A DNA stretch of 64,000 bases from Hyalangium minutum (GCF_000737315.1 NZ_JMCB01000003.1:992001-1056000), one strand, 5' to 3'. Numbered from the stretch's first letter, positions 37,180 through 47,711 are shown. Notes: generated from the sequence alone by a model not told the origin. Numbers and translations: made by a program.

Positions 37180-40100
37180 ATGCTCCCCATTCCTGGCTAC
37201 ACCCTCCGAGGAGCACTCAAGACCACCGGTACCAACCTGCTGTTTCACTCGGTCCGCGACGCGGATGGACTTCACGTCATCCTCAAGACGCCCACAGCCA
37301 CCGCCGTGGGCCCGCGCGAGCGAGAGCGCTACCGGCGGGAGTTCGCCATCCTGCAGCGGCTCCAGGACGTGCGCGGCGTGCCCCGTGTCATCGCGTGCGA
37401 GCAACTCAGGGAGCGCCCCGTGCTGCTGTTGGAAGAGGTCGCGGGCACGCCGCTGTCCGATGAGACGGGCAAGCCCTTCGAGGTAGCGAGGGCCCTGAGG
37501 CTGGGCAGCTCCCTGGCCTCCACGCTCGCCGAGATTCACCGCCGTGGCGTCATCCACAAGGACCTCAAGCCCGCGAACATCATCGTCACGGCATCGGGCG
37601 AGACGCGCCTCATCGACTTTGGAAGCGCCAGCCTCCAGCTCGTGGAGCACGTGGATGCGCTCCACTCGCACCTCATCGAGGGAACCCTGCCGTACATGTC
37701 CCCAGAGCAGACCGGGCGCATGAACCGGGCGGTGGACTACCGCACGGATCTGTACTCGCTGGGCATCACCCTCTACGAGCTGCTCACCGGCGGCCGCCCC
37801 TTTTACGGCAAGGACGCGCTCGAGTGGTTCCACGCTCACATGGCCCTGGCGCCTCCGCCTCCCCATGAGCGGGTAAAGGGGCTGCCCCCCACCGTCTCCG
37901 CCATCGTCCTGAAGCTGCTGGCCAAGGTCGCCGAGGAGCGCTACCAGAGCGCCGAGGGGCTGAAGGCCGATCTGGAGCGGTGCCTGGAGGGACTGCGCCG
38001 GGGCGCTTGCGAGGACTTCCCTCTGGGCCTCTATGACGTGCCCACGCGCTTCCAGCTTCCGCAGCGGCTCTACGGGCGCGACGCCCACGCGGCCGCCCTG
38101 CTCCAAGGCTTCGAGCGCGTGGCCCGCGGTGGCCGCTCCGAGCTCATCCTGGTGCGCGGCTACTCGGGCATCGGCAAGTCCGCGGTGGTGCACGAGCTGC
38201 ACAAGCCGGTGGTGCGCCAGCGCGGCTTCTTCCTCAGCGGCAAGTTCGACCAACTCCAGCAGGACATCCCCTACTCCACCCTGGCTCAGGCCATCCGCGG
38301 GCTGACGCAACAGCTGCTCTCGGGCACGGACACGGAGCTGGCGCGCTGGCGCGAGCGCCTGCTCGAGGCGTGGGAGGGCCAGGGCCGCGTCGTCGTGGAG
38401 GTGGTGCCGCAGCTGGAGCTTGTCGCGGGGCCGCAGCCACCTGTCCCAGAGCTCTCCCCCTCCGAGGCCACGCACCGCTTCAACCGCGTGTTCCGCCGGT
38501 TCCTCGGCGTCTTCGCCTCGCCCGAGCACCCGCTCGTCGTCTTCTTGGATGATCTCCAGTGGGCCGATCGGGCCAGCCTCCAGTTGCTCCAGCACCTGCT
38601 CACACACCCCGAGACGCCGCCCGTGCTGCTGATCGGCGCCTACCGGGACAACGAGGTGAGCCCCTCGCACCCGCTGTCTCTCACGCTCGTGGAGCTGCGC
38701 AAGGCCGGCGCGGCCATGACGGACCTGCAGCTCGAGCCGCTGAGCCTCGCGGATGTCCAGCGGCTCATCACCGACACACTGCCCGGTGCGGGCCCGGAGA
38801 CCGTCCGGCCGTTGGCGGCGCTGGCCCTGGAGAAGACCGGGGGCAACCCCTTCTTCCTCCTCCAGTTCCTACAGACGCTCCACCAGGACGGCCTGCTGGT
38901 GCGCACCCCCGAGGGCACTTGGCACTGGGATGCCGACGGCGCCCGCGCCAAGGGCTACTCCGACAACGTCGTGGACTTCATGGTCCGCAAGCTGCGCCAG
39001 CTCCCCCTGGGCACACAGCACCAGCTCCGGCTGGCCGCGTGCGTAGGCAACGCATTCTCCGAGCGAATCCTGCGCGTCATCTCCAACCTGGAGGACGCCA
39101 CCGAGGTGGAGCAGGGCCTGGATCCCGCGCTCCAGGAGGGACTGGTCTCGCGCACCGGCCCGGAGCAGTACCGCTTCCTCCATGACCGCATCCAACAGGC
39201 GGCCCATGCCCTCATCCCGCCCGAGGAGCGCAAAGCGGTGCACCTGCGCATCGGCCGCCTGCTGCTGGCCAGCCTGTCTCCGGACGAGGTGCAGGCGAAC
39301 CTCTTCGATGTGGTGGGCCAGCTCAACACCGGCGCGGAGCTGATCACCGATCCGCAGGAGCGCCACCGCGTGGCGCGCTTGAACGCCGAGGCCGGAAAGA
39401 AGGCGCAGGCGGCCACCGCGTTCCGCTCGGCGGTCTCCTACCTGGCCATGGCCTTCCAGCTTCTGCCAGGAAACCCCTGGGAGACGGACCCCGAGCTGGC
39501 CTTCAAGCTCCAGCTGGATCAGGCGAGCTGCGAGTTCATGAGCGGCAACACCGTTCAGGCCCGCCAGCTCGTGGAGGCGCTGCGGCACCGGGCTCGTACC
39601 CGGGTGGAGATCGCTGCCGTCTACCGCTTGATGAGCGATCTGCACCTGGCCGCTGGCGAGATCCAGGCCTCCATCGGCTGTCTCCTGGAGTGTCTGGAGC
39701 GGTTCGGCATGCCCATGTCCCCCCACCCCTCCTGGGCAGAGGTAGAGGCCGCGAACGACGAGGTCCGGGCCTTGCTGGGATCGCGCCCCATCGAGAGCCT
39801 CCTCGAGCTGCCGCTCCTGTCGGATCCAGACATGGAGGCAGTGCTCAACATCCTCGCCGCGCTGTTCACCCCCTCGTTCTTCACCGACAAGAACCTGCTC
39901 ATCCTCCACCTGTGCCGGCTGGTCTTGCTCAGCCTCCGCCACGGCAACAGCAGCGCTGCAGTGCACGGCTACGCCTGGTACGGCGTGGTGCTGGCCCCCG
40001 CCTTCAAGCAGTACCGGGAGGGCTACGCGTTCGGAAAGCTGGCGTGCGACCTCGTCGAGCGGCACGGCTTCACCGCCTCGCGAGGCAAGGCGCTCTACAG

Positions 40101-42462
40101 TCTGGAGATCATCAGCTACTGGACGCGGCCCATGGCTCTCTCGCAGGAGCTCATCCGCGAGGCGTTCCAGCACGCGCTCAAGGCGGGGGACTTCCAGGTC
40201 GCCTGCTACTGCTGCAACCACATCGTCACCAACCGCCTGAGCATGGGACACGAGCTGGAGGAGGTCCACCAGGAGTCGGTGGCGCGCATGGACTTCGCCC
40301 GCAGGGCGGGCTACCGCGACGTGCAGCACGTCATCCACAACACCCAGCGCTACGTGCAGCAACTGCGCGGGCTCGCTCCCGTGTTCGGCTCCTTGAGCGG
40401 CGAGGACTTCGATGAGACGTCCTTCGAGGCCGGGCTGACGCCGGACCGCATGAGCACCATGCGGTGCTGGTACTGGATCATCAAGATGCAGGCGCGCTTC
40501 ATGTCCGGCGCCTACGCGGAGGCGCGAGAGGCCGGGGACAAGGCGGACGCGCTGGCCTGGTCCTCGCTCGGCCACATCCAGTTGCTGGACCTTCACCTGT
40601 TCCGCGCGCTGACCCTGGCCGCGTGCCTCGACACCCTGCCCACCGAGGAGCGAGGCCCTGCGCTCCAGGAGCTCCAGCGGCACCACGGACAGCTCGCGGA
40701 ATGGGCGAGCTACTGCCCGGAGAACTTCCTCGCCCCCGAGCGGCTGGCCTTCGCGGAGCTGGCGCGCGTCACGGGCCGCGAGCCCGAGGCCTTCCGCGCC
40801 TACGAGGAAGCGCACCAGGTGGCAAGCGAGCACTGCCTCATCCAGTACGTAGCCCTCTCCTGTGAGCTCGCGGCCCGCTTCTGGTTCGAGCGGAAGATGT
40901 CCACGATCGCGGACACCTACGCGCGCAAGGCCTGCGCGGCCTACGTGCACTGGGGTGCGAACGGGAAGGCGAAGCAGCTGTCCCAGCTGTGGCCGCACCT
41001 GAGCAGCGAGAGGACCAGAGAGGAGACCGCCACCAACACGGAGTCGTCGCAGCTCGACGCGCTCACGGTGGTGAAGGCTCAGCAGGCCATCTCCGGGGAG
41101 ATCGTCCTCGAGCAGCTGGCGAACACGCTGCTGCGAGTCGCCCTCGAGAGCGCCGGTGCTCAGCGCGGAGCCCTGATGCTTCCCCGGGGCGGCGCCCTCG
41201 AAGTTGTAGCCGTCTCGGGCACGGCTCCCGAGGACACCGGCGCCGGGCCGCCCGAGGCTTCCCTGCCGTGGACGCTCATCTCCTATGTGCGGCGCACGCG
41301 CGAGCAGGTGCTCATCGACGACGCCTCCCAGCCTCACCCCTTCTCATCGGATCCCTGGATCGCGCGAGGCCAGGTCCGCTCCGTGCTCTGCCTGCCGCTG
41401 CTGCGCCAGGAGGAGCTCCGCGGGGTGCTCTACCTGGAGAACCGCCTGGCCACCCACGCCTTCACCCCGGCGCGCGGCGCGCTGCTGGAGCACCTGGCCT
41501 CCCAGGCCGCCATCTCCCTGGAGAACGCGCGGCTGTACGCGGACGTGCAGCGCGCCGAAGCGGCCCTGCGGCAGGCCAACGACGAGCTGGAGAAGCGTGT
41601 CGAGGAGCGCACCCGGGAGCTTCAGCAGGCCCAGGTCCAGTTGGTGGAGACGGCCCGGCAGGCGGGCATGGCCGAGGTCGCCACCGATGTGCTCCACAAC
41701 ATCGGCAACGTGCTGACCAGCGCCATCATCAATGCCCAGACGATGAACCAGACGCTGGGGTCCTCCCGGCTGGGGCGGCTGAAGCAGTCCTGCGATCTGC
41801 TCACGGAGCACCAGGACACCCTGGCGGACTTCCTCACGAAGGATCGGCGCGGCATGCGGCTGCCGGCCTACCTCTCCGCGCTCACCGACGAGCTGCTCCG
41901 CGAGCACGCGGGACTGCAGGGCGGCATGTCGGACATGGGCAAGCACATCGAGCACATCCGCTACATCGTCCAACTCCAGCAGACGTATGCCCGCAGCACG
42001 CTCGTGACCGAGGAGTGCGACCCGGCCCGCCTGCTCGAGGATGCGCTCAGCATCCAGATGGCGGCGCTCAAGCGCCACGGCATCCACGTCATCCGCGAGT
42101 TCTCACCGGCATCCCGGATCCGGTTGGACAAGCACAAGGTGCTGCAGATCCTCATCAACCTGATCAGCAACGCAAGAAACGCCATGGCCGGGCTGCCCGA
42201 GGGCCAGCGCACCCTGCACGTGCGGCTGGGGCAGGTGGGCAACACCCTCCGCATCCAGGTGCAGGACAACGGCATGGGCATCGCGCCCGAGGTGCGCGAC
42301 CGGCTCTTCTCCCAAGGCTTCACGACCCGCAAGGGCGGGCACGGCCTGGGGCTGCACTCGAGCGCCCTGGCGGCGCGGATGATGGGCGGCACCCTGCGGT
42401 TGGAGAGCGAGGGCCCGGACAAAGGTGCCACGGCTACACTGGAGCTGCAGCCCACCTCCTGA
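37180..42462 (+). CDS. Hybrid Ser/Thr kinase - AAA ATPase - GAF - histidine kinase
   Basis: HKDLKPANI, DFG, YMSPEQ; GYSGIGKS Walker A, FLDDLQWAD; GAF (SVLCLPL); LHNIGNVL, DNGMG, GHGLGL. Confidence 0.93.
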   Translation: MLPIPGYTLRGALKTTGTNLLFHSVRDADGLHVILKTPTATAVGPRERERYRREFAILQRLQDVRGVPRVIACEQLRERPVLLLEEVAGTPLSDETGKPFEVARALRLGSSLASTLAEIHRRGVIHKDLKPANIIVTASGETRLIDFGSASLQLVEHVDALHSHLIEGTLPYMSPEQTGRMNRAVDYRTDLYSLGITLYELLTGGRPFYGKDALEWFHAHMALAPPPPHERVKGLPPTVSAIVLKLLAKVAEERYQSAEGLKADLERCLEGLRRGACEDFPLGLYDVPTRFQLPQRLYGRDAHAAALLQGFERVARGGRSELILVRGYSGIGKSAVVHELHKPVVRQRGFFLSGKFDQLQQDIPYSTLAQAIRGLTQQLLSGTDTELARWRERLLEAWEGQGRVVVEVVPQLELVAGPQPPVPELSPSEATHRFNRVFRRFLGVFASPEHPLVVFLDDLQWADRASLQLLQHLLTHPETPPVLLIGAYRDNEVSPSHPLSLTLVELRKAGAAMTDLQLEPLSLADVQRLITDTLPGAGPETVRPLAALALEKTGGNPFFLLQFLQTLHQDGLLVRTPEGTWHWDADGARAKGYSDNVVDFMVRKLRQLPLGTQHQLRLAACVGNAFSERILRVISNLEDATEVEQGLDPALQEGLVSRTGPEQYRFLHDRIQQAAHALIPPEERKAVHLRIGRLLLASLSPDEVQANLFDVVGQLNTGAELITDPQERHRVARLNAEAGKKAQAATAFRSAVSYLAMAFQLLPGNPWETDPELAFKLQLDQASCEFMSGNTVQARQLVEALRHRARTRVEIAAVYRLMSDLHLAAGEIQASIGCLLECLERFGMPMSPHPSWAEVEAANDEVRALLGSRPIESLLELPLLSDPDMEAVLNILAALFTPSFFTDKNLLILHLCRLVLLSLRHGNSSAAVHGYAWYGVVLAPAFKQYREGYAFGKLACDLVERHGFTASRGKALYSLEIISYWTRPMALSQELIREAFQHALKAGDFQVACYCCNHIVTNRLSMGHELEEVHQESVARMDFARRAGYRDVQHVIHNTQRYVQQLRGLAPVFGSLSGEDFDETSFEAGLTPDRMSTMRCWYWIIKMQARFMSGAYAEAREAGDKADALAWSSLGHIQLLDLHLFRALTLAACLDTLPTEERGPALQELQRHHGQLAEWASYCPENFLAPERLAFAELARVTGREPEAFRAYEEAHQVASEHCLIQYVALSCELAARFWFERKMSTIADTYARKACAAYVHWGANGKAKQLSQLWPHLSSERTREETATNTESSQLDALTVVKAQQAISGEIVLEQLANTLLRVALESAGAQRGALMLPRGGALEVVAVSGTAPEDTGAGPPEASLPWTLISYVRRTREQVLIDDASQPHPFSSDPWIARGQVRSVLCLPLLRQEELRGVLYLENRLATHAFTPARGALLEHLASQAAISLENARLYADVQRAEAALRQANDELEKRVEERTRELQQAQVQLVETARQAGMAEVATDVLHNIGNVLTSAIINAQTMNQTLGSSRLGRLKQSCDLLTEHQDTLADFLTKDRRGMRLPAYLSALTDELLREHAGLQGGMSDMGKHIEHIRYIVQLQQTYARSTLVTEECDPARLLEDALSIQMAALKRHGIHVIREFSPASRIRLDKHKVLQILINLISNARNAMAGLPEGQRTLHVRLGQVGNTLRIQVQDNGMGIAPEVRDRLFSQGFTTRKGGHGLGLHSSALAARMMGGTLRLESEGPDKGATATLELQPTS

Positions 42463-42519
42463 GCCGCTTTTTTCCACGGAATAAAGAAAACCGAGGGAGT
42501 TCACCTGAGTGAGGTGAAC

Positions 42520-43776
42520 ATGAAAGCGATCTCCTTCGCAGGTGCGCTCACACTGGCAACAGTGGCGCTCGCGGATAACTCCGCGGCTCCGCCCCCCCTA
42601 CCCCTCGGACTCTCTCCCCAGCTCTACAAGCTGACCGTCCCCCAGCCCCCCACCCCGGCTCAGGTGACACTGGGAGAGAAACTTTTCAATGAGAAGCGAC
42701 TGTCCGCCGATAACTCGGTGAGCTGCGCCACCTGCCACGATCCGGCGAAGGCGTTCGCGGATGGCAAGCCGCAGGCGGTGGGCATCAAAAACCAGGTGGG
42801 CCAGCGCAACAGCCCCACCGTCCTCAATGCCCTCTTCCTGGCCACGCAGTTCTGGGACGGCCGCGCCGCCACCCTCGAGGACCAGGCCAAGCTGCCCATC
42901 CTCAATCCCATCGAGATGGGCATGCCCTCGCCCGAGGCGGTGGTCACCAAGGTGCGCGCCATCCCCGAGTACCGCGACGCCTTCCAGAAGCTCAACGGCC
43001 GCGAGCCCTCGTACGACGACATCGCCAGCGCCATCGCCGCCTTCGAGCGGACCCGCATGGCCGGCAACGCCCGGTTCGATCGCTTCCTCACGGGGAACTC
43101 GAACGCGCTGTCCGCCCAGGAGAAGCGCGGCTGGGCGCTCTTCAACGGCAAGGGCCGGTGCAACTCGTGCCACGCGGGCAACGCCGTGTCGCCACTGTTC
43201 TCGGACCAGAAGTTCCACAACATCGGCGTCGCCGCGCACAAGCAGGACTTCGTCCAGCTGGCCTCCGAGGCCCTCCGCGTCGTCCGGGCCGGAGACGAGG
43301 AGCAGATCGACCGGCTGGCGCTGGAGTCCAAGTTCTCCGAGCTGGGCCGCTTCCTCGTCACCCGGCACGAGAACGACATCGGCAGCTTCAAGACCCCCAC
43401 CCTGCGCAACGTGGGCGTTACCGGGCCGTACATGCATGACGGCTCGATGGCCACCCTGTGGGACGTGGTCGACCACTACAACAAGGGCGGCATCACCAAC
43501 CCCTACCTCGATGGGGGGATGCAGCGGCTGGGCCTCACCGAGCCCGAGATCGATGACCTCGTGGCGTTCCTGTTCGCGCTGACTTCGGAGGACTTCGCGG
43601 CGCTGGAGAAGAAGGAGCTGACCGCCCAGCGCGCTCGCAAGACCAAGCGCCCGGAGCGGGACACCGCCGTCGCCCTCGGGAAGAAGGGCAACCTGGGCGA
43701 TCTCGCCCCCAACCCCGACCTCAAGAACCCGGCTGACCTTGGGCTGTATGGGCCGGTCGCGGCCCCGGAGAAGTGA
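42520..43776 (+). CDS. Diheme cytochrome c peroxidase / MauG-family protein
   Basis: Signal peptide, CATCH and CNSCH heme motifs, RNSPTV, QFWDGRA, FKTPTLRNV, GPYMHDG. Confidence 0.92.
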   Translation: MKAISFAGALTLATVALADNSAAPPPLPLGLSPQLYKLTVPQPPTPAQVTLGEKLFNEKRLSADNSVSCATCHDPAKAFADGKPQAVGIKNQVGQRNSPTVLNALFLATQFWDGRAATLEDQAKLPILNPIEMGMPSPEAVVTKVRAIPEYRDAFQKLNGREPSYDDIASAIAAFERTRMAGNARFDRFLTGNSNALSAQEKRGWALFNGKGRCNSCHAGNAVSPLFSDQKFHNIGVAAHKQDFVQLASEALRVVRAGDEEQIDRLALESKFSELGRFLVTRHENDIGSFKTPTLRNVGVTGPYMHDGSMATLWDVVDHYNKGGITNPYLDGGMQRLGLTEPEIDDLVAFLFALTSEDFAALEKKELTAQRARKTKRPERDTAVALGKKGNLGDLAPNPDLKNPADLGLYGPVAAPEK

Positions 43777-43777
43777 C

Positions 43778-44908
43778 ATGCGCAAAGGCGTCAAGAGCAT
43801 CGAGACGAAGCACTACGAGGAGCGCGACTCCTTCTTCGACGGGCTGCGCAAGCTGGATCGGCGCTCGTTCATGCGGCTGGCCGGGCTGTCCGCTGGCATC
43901 GCCGCGGCGAAGGGGCTCATCACCCCTCAGGGGTTCCAGCTGATCAGCGTCGCCGAGGCGGCCACCCCCACCCCCAGCGCGAAGCCGAAGTTCTCCTTCG
44001 CGTACATCTCCGACTCGCACCTCTACAAGCAGGAGCTCAACGACCGGTTCGTGCGCTCCCTGCTGCGCGCCGTGGACGACATCAACCGCCTGGATCCCCA
44101 GCCGGACTTCGTCCTCTACGGCGGCGACCTCGCGCAGCTCGGGCAGAAGGAGGAGCTGGATCTCGGCAAGCAGATCCTCAAGACCCTCAAGGCGCCCGTG
44201 AAGATGATGGTCGGGGAGCACGACTGGTTCCTCGACATGGGCGAGCACTGGCGCGGCCTGTTCGGCGAGCCCCAGTACTCGTTCGATCACAAGGGCGTCC
44301 ACTTCGTCACGCTGATGAGCGTGAACGAGAAGGACTTCTGGACCGAGCGGGGCATGACGCCCATGGAGCGCATGCAGACGGTGGCCGGCCTGGACAACGG
44401 CCTGCAGTCGCGCTTCGAGGTGGGTGCCGCCGGGCGCGAGTGGCTCAAGGCGGATCTGGCCAAGGTGGACAAGAACACGCCGCTCGTCGTGTTCAGCCAC
44501 TCGCCGCTCTACAAGTACTACAAGCAGTGGAACTTCTGGACGGACGACGCGGACGAGGTGCAGGCCCTGCTCCGGCCGTTCAAGAACGTCACCGTCATCC
44601 ACGGCCACACGCACCAGCTGCTGTCGAACCAGATCGGCAACATCCAGTTCCACGGCATGCTGTCCACCGCGTGGCCGTGGCCCTACGCCCCCGAGGGCCT
44701 GCCCTCGCTCACCGTGCCGATGAACCGCACGGACCCGTTCAGCAACTTCGACGGCTGCGGCGATGGGCGGATGGACGTGCTCGAGAGCGGGCTCGTCGAC
44801 AAGCTCTACAACCTGTGGGACCGCAACCCGGTCACCGTGAAGTCCTCCTACCTGGCGAGCAGTGGCAAGCAGGATCGGCCCCCCGCCTCCAAGCTCCCCC
44901 CCTACTAG
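43778..44908 (+). CDS. Tat-exported calcineurin-like metallophosphoesterase
   Basis: RRSFM Tat motif, ISDSH, GGDL, GEHD, FSHSP, HGHTH. Confidence 0.88.
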   Translation: MRKGVKSIETKHYEERDSFFDGLRKLDRRSFMRLAGLSAGIAAAKGLITPQGFQLISVAEAATPTPSAKPKFSFAYISDSHLYKQELNDRFVRSLLRAVDDINRLDPQPDFVLYGGDLAQLGQKEELDLGKQILKTLKAPVKMMVGEHDWFLDMGEHWRGLFGEPQYSFDHKGVHFVTLMSVNEKDFWTERGMTPMERMQTVAGLDNGLQSRFEVGAAGREWLKADLAKVDKNTPLVVFSHSPLYKYYKQWNFWTDDADEVQALLRPFKNVTVIHGHTHQLLSNQIGNIQFHGMLSTAWPWPYAPEGLPSLTVPMNRTDPFSNFDGCGDGRMDVLESGLVDKLYNLWDRNPVTVKSSYLASSGKQDRPPASKLPPY

Positions 44909-44920
44909 GACCCAGCGACC

Positions 44921-45709
44921 ATGCACGTGCGAAACAAACTCGGCATTGCAGCGCTCGGACTCGGGATCGGCCTCGGCAGCCTCGCCACGTGGCAGACGGC
45001 CTTCGCGGAGACTCCCAGCCAGAGCCCGAAGCACCAGGTTCCCCGCTCGAAGGACGGAGACGTCGTCGTCGCCCTCTGTGACGGTCAGACCACCTTGGAA
45101 GTGGAAGGCGTCAAGGACCCGTCCCAGATCAGCCGCGAGAAGGCACAGGGCATCTCCGACGAGATGATGCTCGCGTGGCGCAAGAAGAACCCGAACGCCA
45201 ACTGGGATGCGCCGCCGCCCAAGCAGCAGCTCCTCGCCCAGGCGAACCCGCCCACGCCTCCCGCCGCCACCAGCGCCCCGATCAAGAAGGGCGGAACGAC
45301 GGCCTCCTCGGGCCCAGACGACGCCGCGCGCAAGGCCACCGCCGACGTCCAGGCCGGCCACACCTACGGCGCCTTCAGCGAGCGCGACGAGGCCGTCTGG
45401 AAGGAGTCCACCGAGCAGACCGTGCGCGAGGGACACCGCGTGTTCCACGATGCGAAGGCGGTGGGCGGCACCGTCGCCATCTCGTGCGACATGTGCCACC
45501 CGGACGCCTCGAACACCCATCCGGAGACCTATCCCAAGTACCAGGTTCAGCTGGGCCGCGTGGCGCTGCTCCGGGACATGATCAACTGGTGCATCGAGAA
45601 CCCGGTGCGCGGCAAGCCGCTGGCCGATGATGACCCGCGGCTGAAGGCGATGGAGGCGTATATCTACGCCCAGCGCAAGGGTGTGAAGCTGGACTACGGC
45701 AAGCACTGA
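44921..45709 (+). CDS. Periplasmic monoheme cytochrome c, SoxA/TsdA-like C-terminal domain
   Basis: Signal peptide, CDMCH, TYPKY...LRDMINWCIENPVRG, LKAMEAYI. Confidence 0.75.
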   Translation: MHVRNKLGIAALGLGIGLGSLATWQTAFAETPSQSPKHQVPRSKDGDVVVALCDGQTTLEVEGVKDPSQISREKAQGISDEMMLAWRKKNPNANWDAPPPKQQLLAQANPPTPPAATSAPIKKGGTTASSGPDDAARKATADVQAGHTYGAFSERDEAVWKESTEQTVREGHRVFHDAKAVGGTVAISCDMCHPDASNTHPETYPKYQVQLGRVALLRDMINWCIENPVRGKPLADDDPRLKAMEAYIYAQRKGVKLDYGKH

Positions 45710-45731
45710 GGAGGAAGCTCAGCCCCCGGAT

Positions 45732-46292
45732 ATGTGGAGGCGACGGTCCCAACCCCCGAGAGATCCTGGGTTCGACGGCGAGGCGCTCAGCCACCTCGCC
45801 GCGATCCACGATACGGCCCTGCGCCTGTGTAAGGACGCAGCCGAGGCGCAGGATCTCACCCACGACACGTTCGTGCGGGCGCTGAACTCGGCCGAGCGCT
45901 TCGAGCCGGGAACCTCCCTCAAGACGTGGCTGCTGACGATCCTGCACAACCTCTACCGCACGCGCCTCCGGGACCGGGGGCGCCACGCGGAAGAGTCGCT
46001 GGATGAAGACTCGGTGGACGTGTCGGCGCCTCAGGCCTCTGAGGAGTCCTGGCACACCGTCACGAGCGCCCAGCTCGACGCGGCGGTGACAGCGCTTCCC
46101 CCGAAGCTCCGCGAGGTGGTGGTCCTGCGGGACCTGCATGGCCTTTCGTACAAGGAAGTCGCTCAAGTATTGAATCTGCCTGTGGGAACGGTGATGTCAC
46201 GTCTCCACCGGGGACGGGAATCGCTGAGGGCGCTCCTGGTTCCGATGGTGCACGGCGAGAAGTCCCTGGCCCGGAAGCGAGAAGTGCCATGA
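45732..46292 (+). CDS. ECF RNA polymerase sigma factor
   Basis: EAQDLTHDTFVRA, WLLTILHN, LSYKEVAQVLNLPVGTVMSRLHRGR. Confidence 0.92.
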   Translation: MWRRRSQPPRDPGFDGEALSHLAAIHDTALRLCKDAAEAQDLTHDTFVRALNSAERFEPGTSLKTWLLTILHNLYRTRLRDRGRHAEESLDEDSVDVSAPQASEESWHTVTSAQLDAAVTALPPKLREVVVLRDLHGLSYKEVAQVLNLPVGTVMSRLHRGRESLRALLVPMVHGEKSLARKREVP

Positions 46293-47107
46293 CGGTGTCC
46301 TGTGAAAGCGTGAGGAGCTGGCTCCCGGCGTGGATCGACGGCGAGCGCACACCGCTCTCACCCGAGGACTTCGAGCGGCACCTGGCCGAGTGCGCCGACT
46401 GCGTCCGGGCAGCGCGAGACCAGCGGGGGTTCCTGCGAACGGTGTCCAGCGCCTACGTGCCCGCGCCGGTGCCTCCCTCGCTCCAGGCGTCCATCCACCG
46501 CAAGGTGAGCTGGCGGCGCGTGTTCTCGCAGCGGGTGGCGCCGCTGGTCGCGGCGGGGGCCATGGCGGCGGCCATCGCGCTCGTCGTCATCACCGCGCTC
46601 CGCCCTACCCCGGTGCAAGCCGCCTCGCTGGCCGAAGCCTCGGCGTGGGCCCACGAGGGCCTGGCCTCCGGGGCGCTGCCCTTGGACGTGGCGGCGAGCA
46701 ACGCGGCGGAGCTGTCCCAGTGGCTCACGGAGCGCGTGGGCTTCACCGTGGTGCTCCCGAAGTTGGAGGACTCCACGCTCGTCTTCAACGGCGCCCGGGT
46801 GGTTCAACTGGAGGAGGGCTCGGCCGCCGTCGTGAGCTTCCAGCGCAGCGGCGAGTGCGTGAGCCTGGGCATTGCTCCTCGGCATGCCGCGGGCAGCCCG
46901 GCGAATGCGCCCCGGACGGAGCTGTTCCGCAACATGAAGTTCACTACCAGCACTCTCCGGGGCCTCCACGTCATCACCTGGAGCGAGGGCGCGCTGAGCT
47001 ACGCGCTGGTGTCGAGCGTCCCCTCCACGGGCCGGGCCTCCTGCGCCGTCTGTCACGGGGCGAACTCGGGCCTGAAGAGCGTCGAGGATTTCCACGGGAT
47101 GCGCTAA
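46289..47107 (+). CDS. Zinc-finger (ZAS) anti-sigma factor with a C-terminal CxxCH
   Basis: HLAECADC (Hx3Cx2C), single transmembrane helix, periplasmic domain, SCAVCH near the C terminus; ATGA coupling to the sigma gene. Confidence 0.85.
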   Translation: MTVSCESVRSWLPAWIDGERTPLSPEDFERHLAECADCVRAARDQRGFLRTVSSAYVPAPVPPSLQASIHRKVSWRRVFSQRVAPLVAAGAMAAAIALVVITALRPTPVQAASLAEASAWAHEGLASGALPLDVAASNAAELSQWLTERVGFTVVLPKLEDSTLVFNGARVVQLEEGSAAVVSFQRSGECVSLGIAPRHAAGSPANAPRTELFRNMKFTTSTLRGLHVITWSEGALSYALVSSVPSTGRASCAVCHGANSGLKSVEDFHGMR

Positions 47108-47136
47108 GCCCCCTGTCTCCTGACAGGAGGAGCTTC

Positions 47137-47658
47137 ATGACCCGCCGCATCCCCACGCTCGCAGGCTGGCTCACTGCACTCGCGCTGACGGCGTGTGCCT
47201 CGACTTCGCCGTCGACCCCGGGAGAGAGCATGGACTCGACCGCCCAGCCCACCACCGGCACCGAGGTGACAGCAGGCCCCTCGACCCCGGCAACGCCTCC
47301 GCCTCCGCCTTCGGACCCGGCGCCCGGCGCGTTGACCCAGGTGACGGGATCCGTGATGTACCGCGAGCGCATCGCCCTCACGCCGGACGCTGTGCTTTCC
47401 GTCGAAGTGGCGGAGCTGACGCCTGAGGGCAAGCCCGGGACCATCATCAGCCAGCAGGTCGTCAAGGGGCCCGGCCAGGTACCCATCCCCTTCTCGGTGG
47501 CCATCAACCCCCAGCGCATCCGCGCGGAGGCCGCCTACGTGGTGAACGCTCGCATCACGGACGGCGCGCGGACCTTCTCGACGACCACGCCCATCCCCGT
47601 CCTCACCCAGGGCAGCCGGAGCAGCGACGTTCAGGTGCTCCTGCGCTCCGGCAACTGA
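47137..47658 (+). CDS. YbaY-family lipoprotein
   Basis: Read from sequence (not in the ORF track as such): MTRRIPTLAGWLTALALTAC lipobox, VTGSVMYRERIALTPDA, QVPIPF; AGGAGG RBS. Confidence 0.82.
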   Translation: MTRRIPTLAGWLTALALTACASTSPSTPGESMDSTAQPTTGTEVTAGPSTPATPPPPPSDPAPGALTQVTGSVMYRERIALTPDAVLSVEVAELTPEGKPGTIISQQVVKGPGQVPIPFSVAINPQRIRAEAAYVVNARITDGARTFSTTTPIPVLTQGSRSSDVQVLLRSGN

Positions 47659-47711
47659 GACGGGCACGCCCGCTCGGGCAACCCAGAGCGCCTGACATCC
47701 GGCCGTGGCGT

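Noticed and set aside
37180-42462. Giant hybrid kinase as a novel system
   Set aside because: The STK-AAA-GAF-HK architecture is common in myxobacteria and cyanobacteria, and all catalytic motifs are ordinary.
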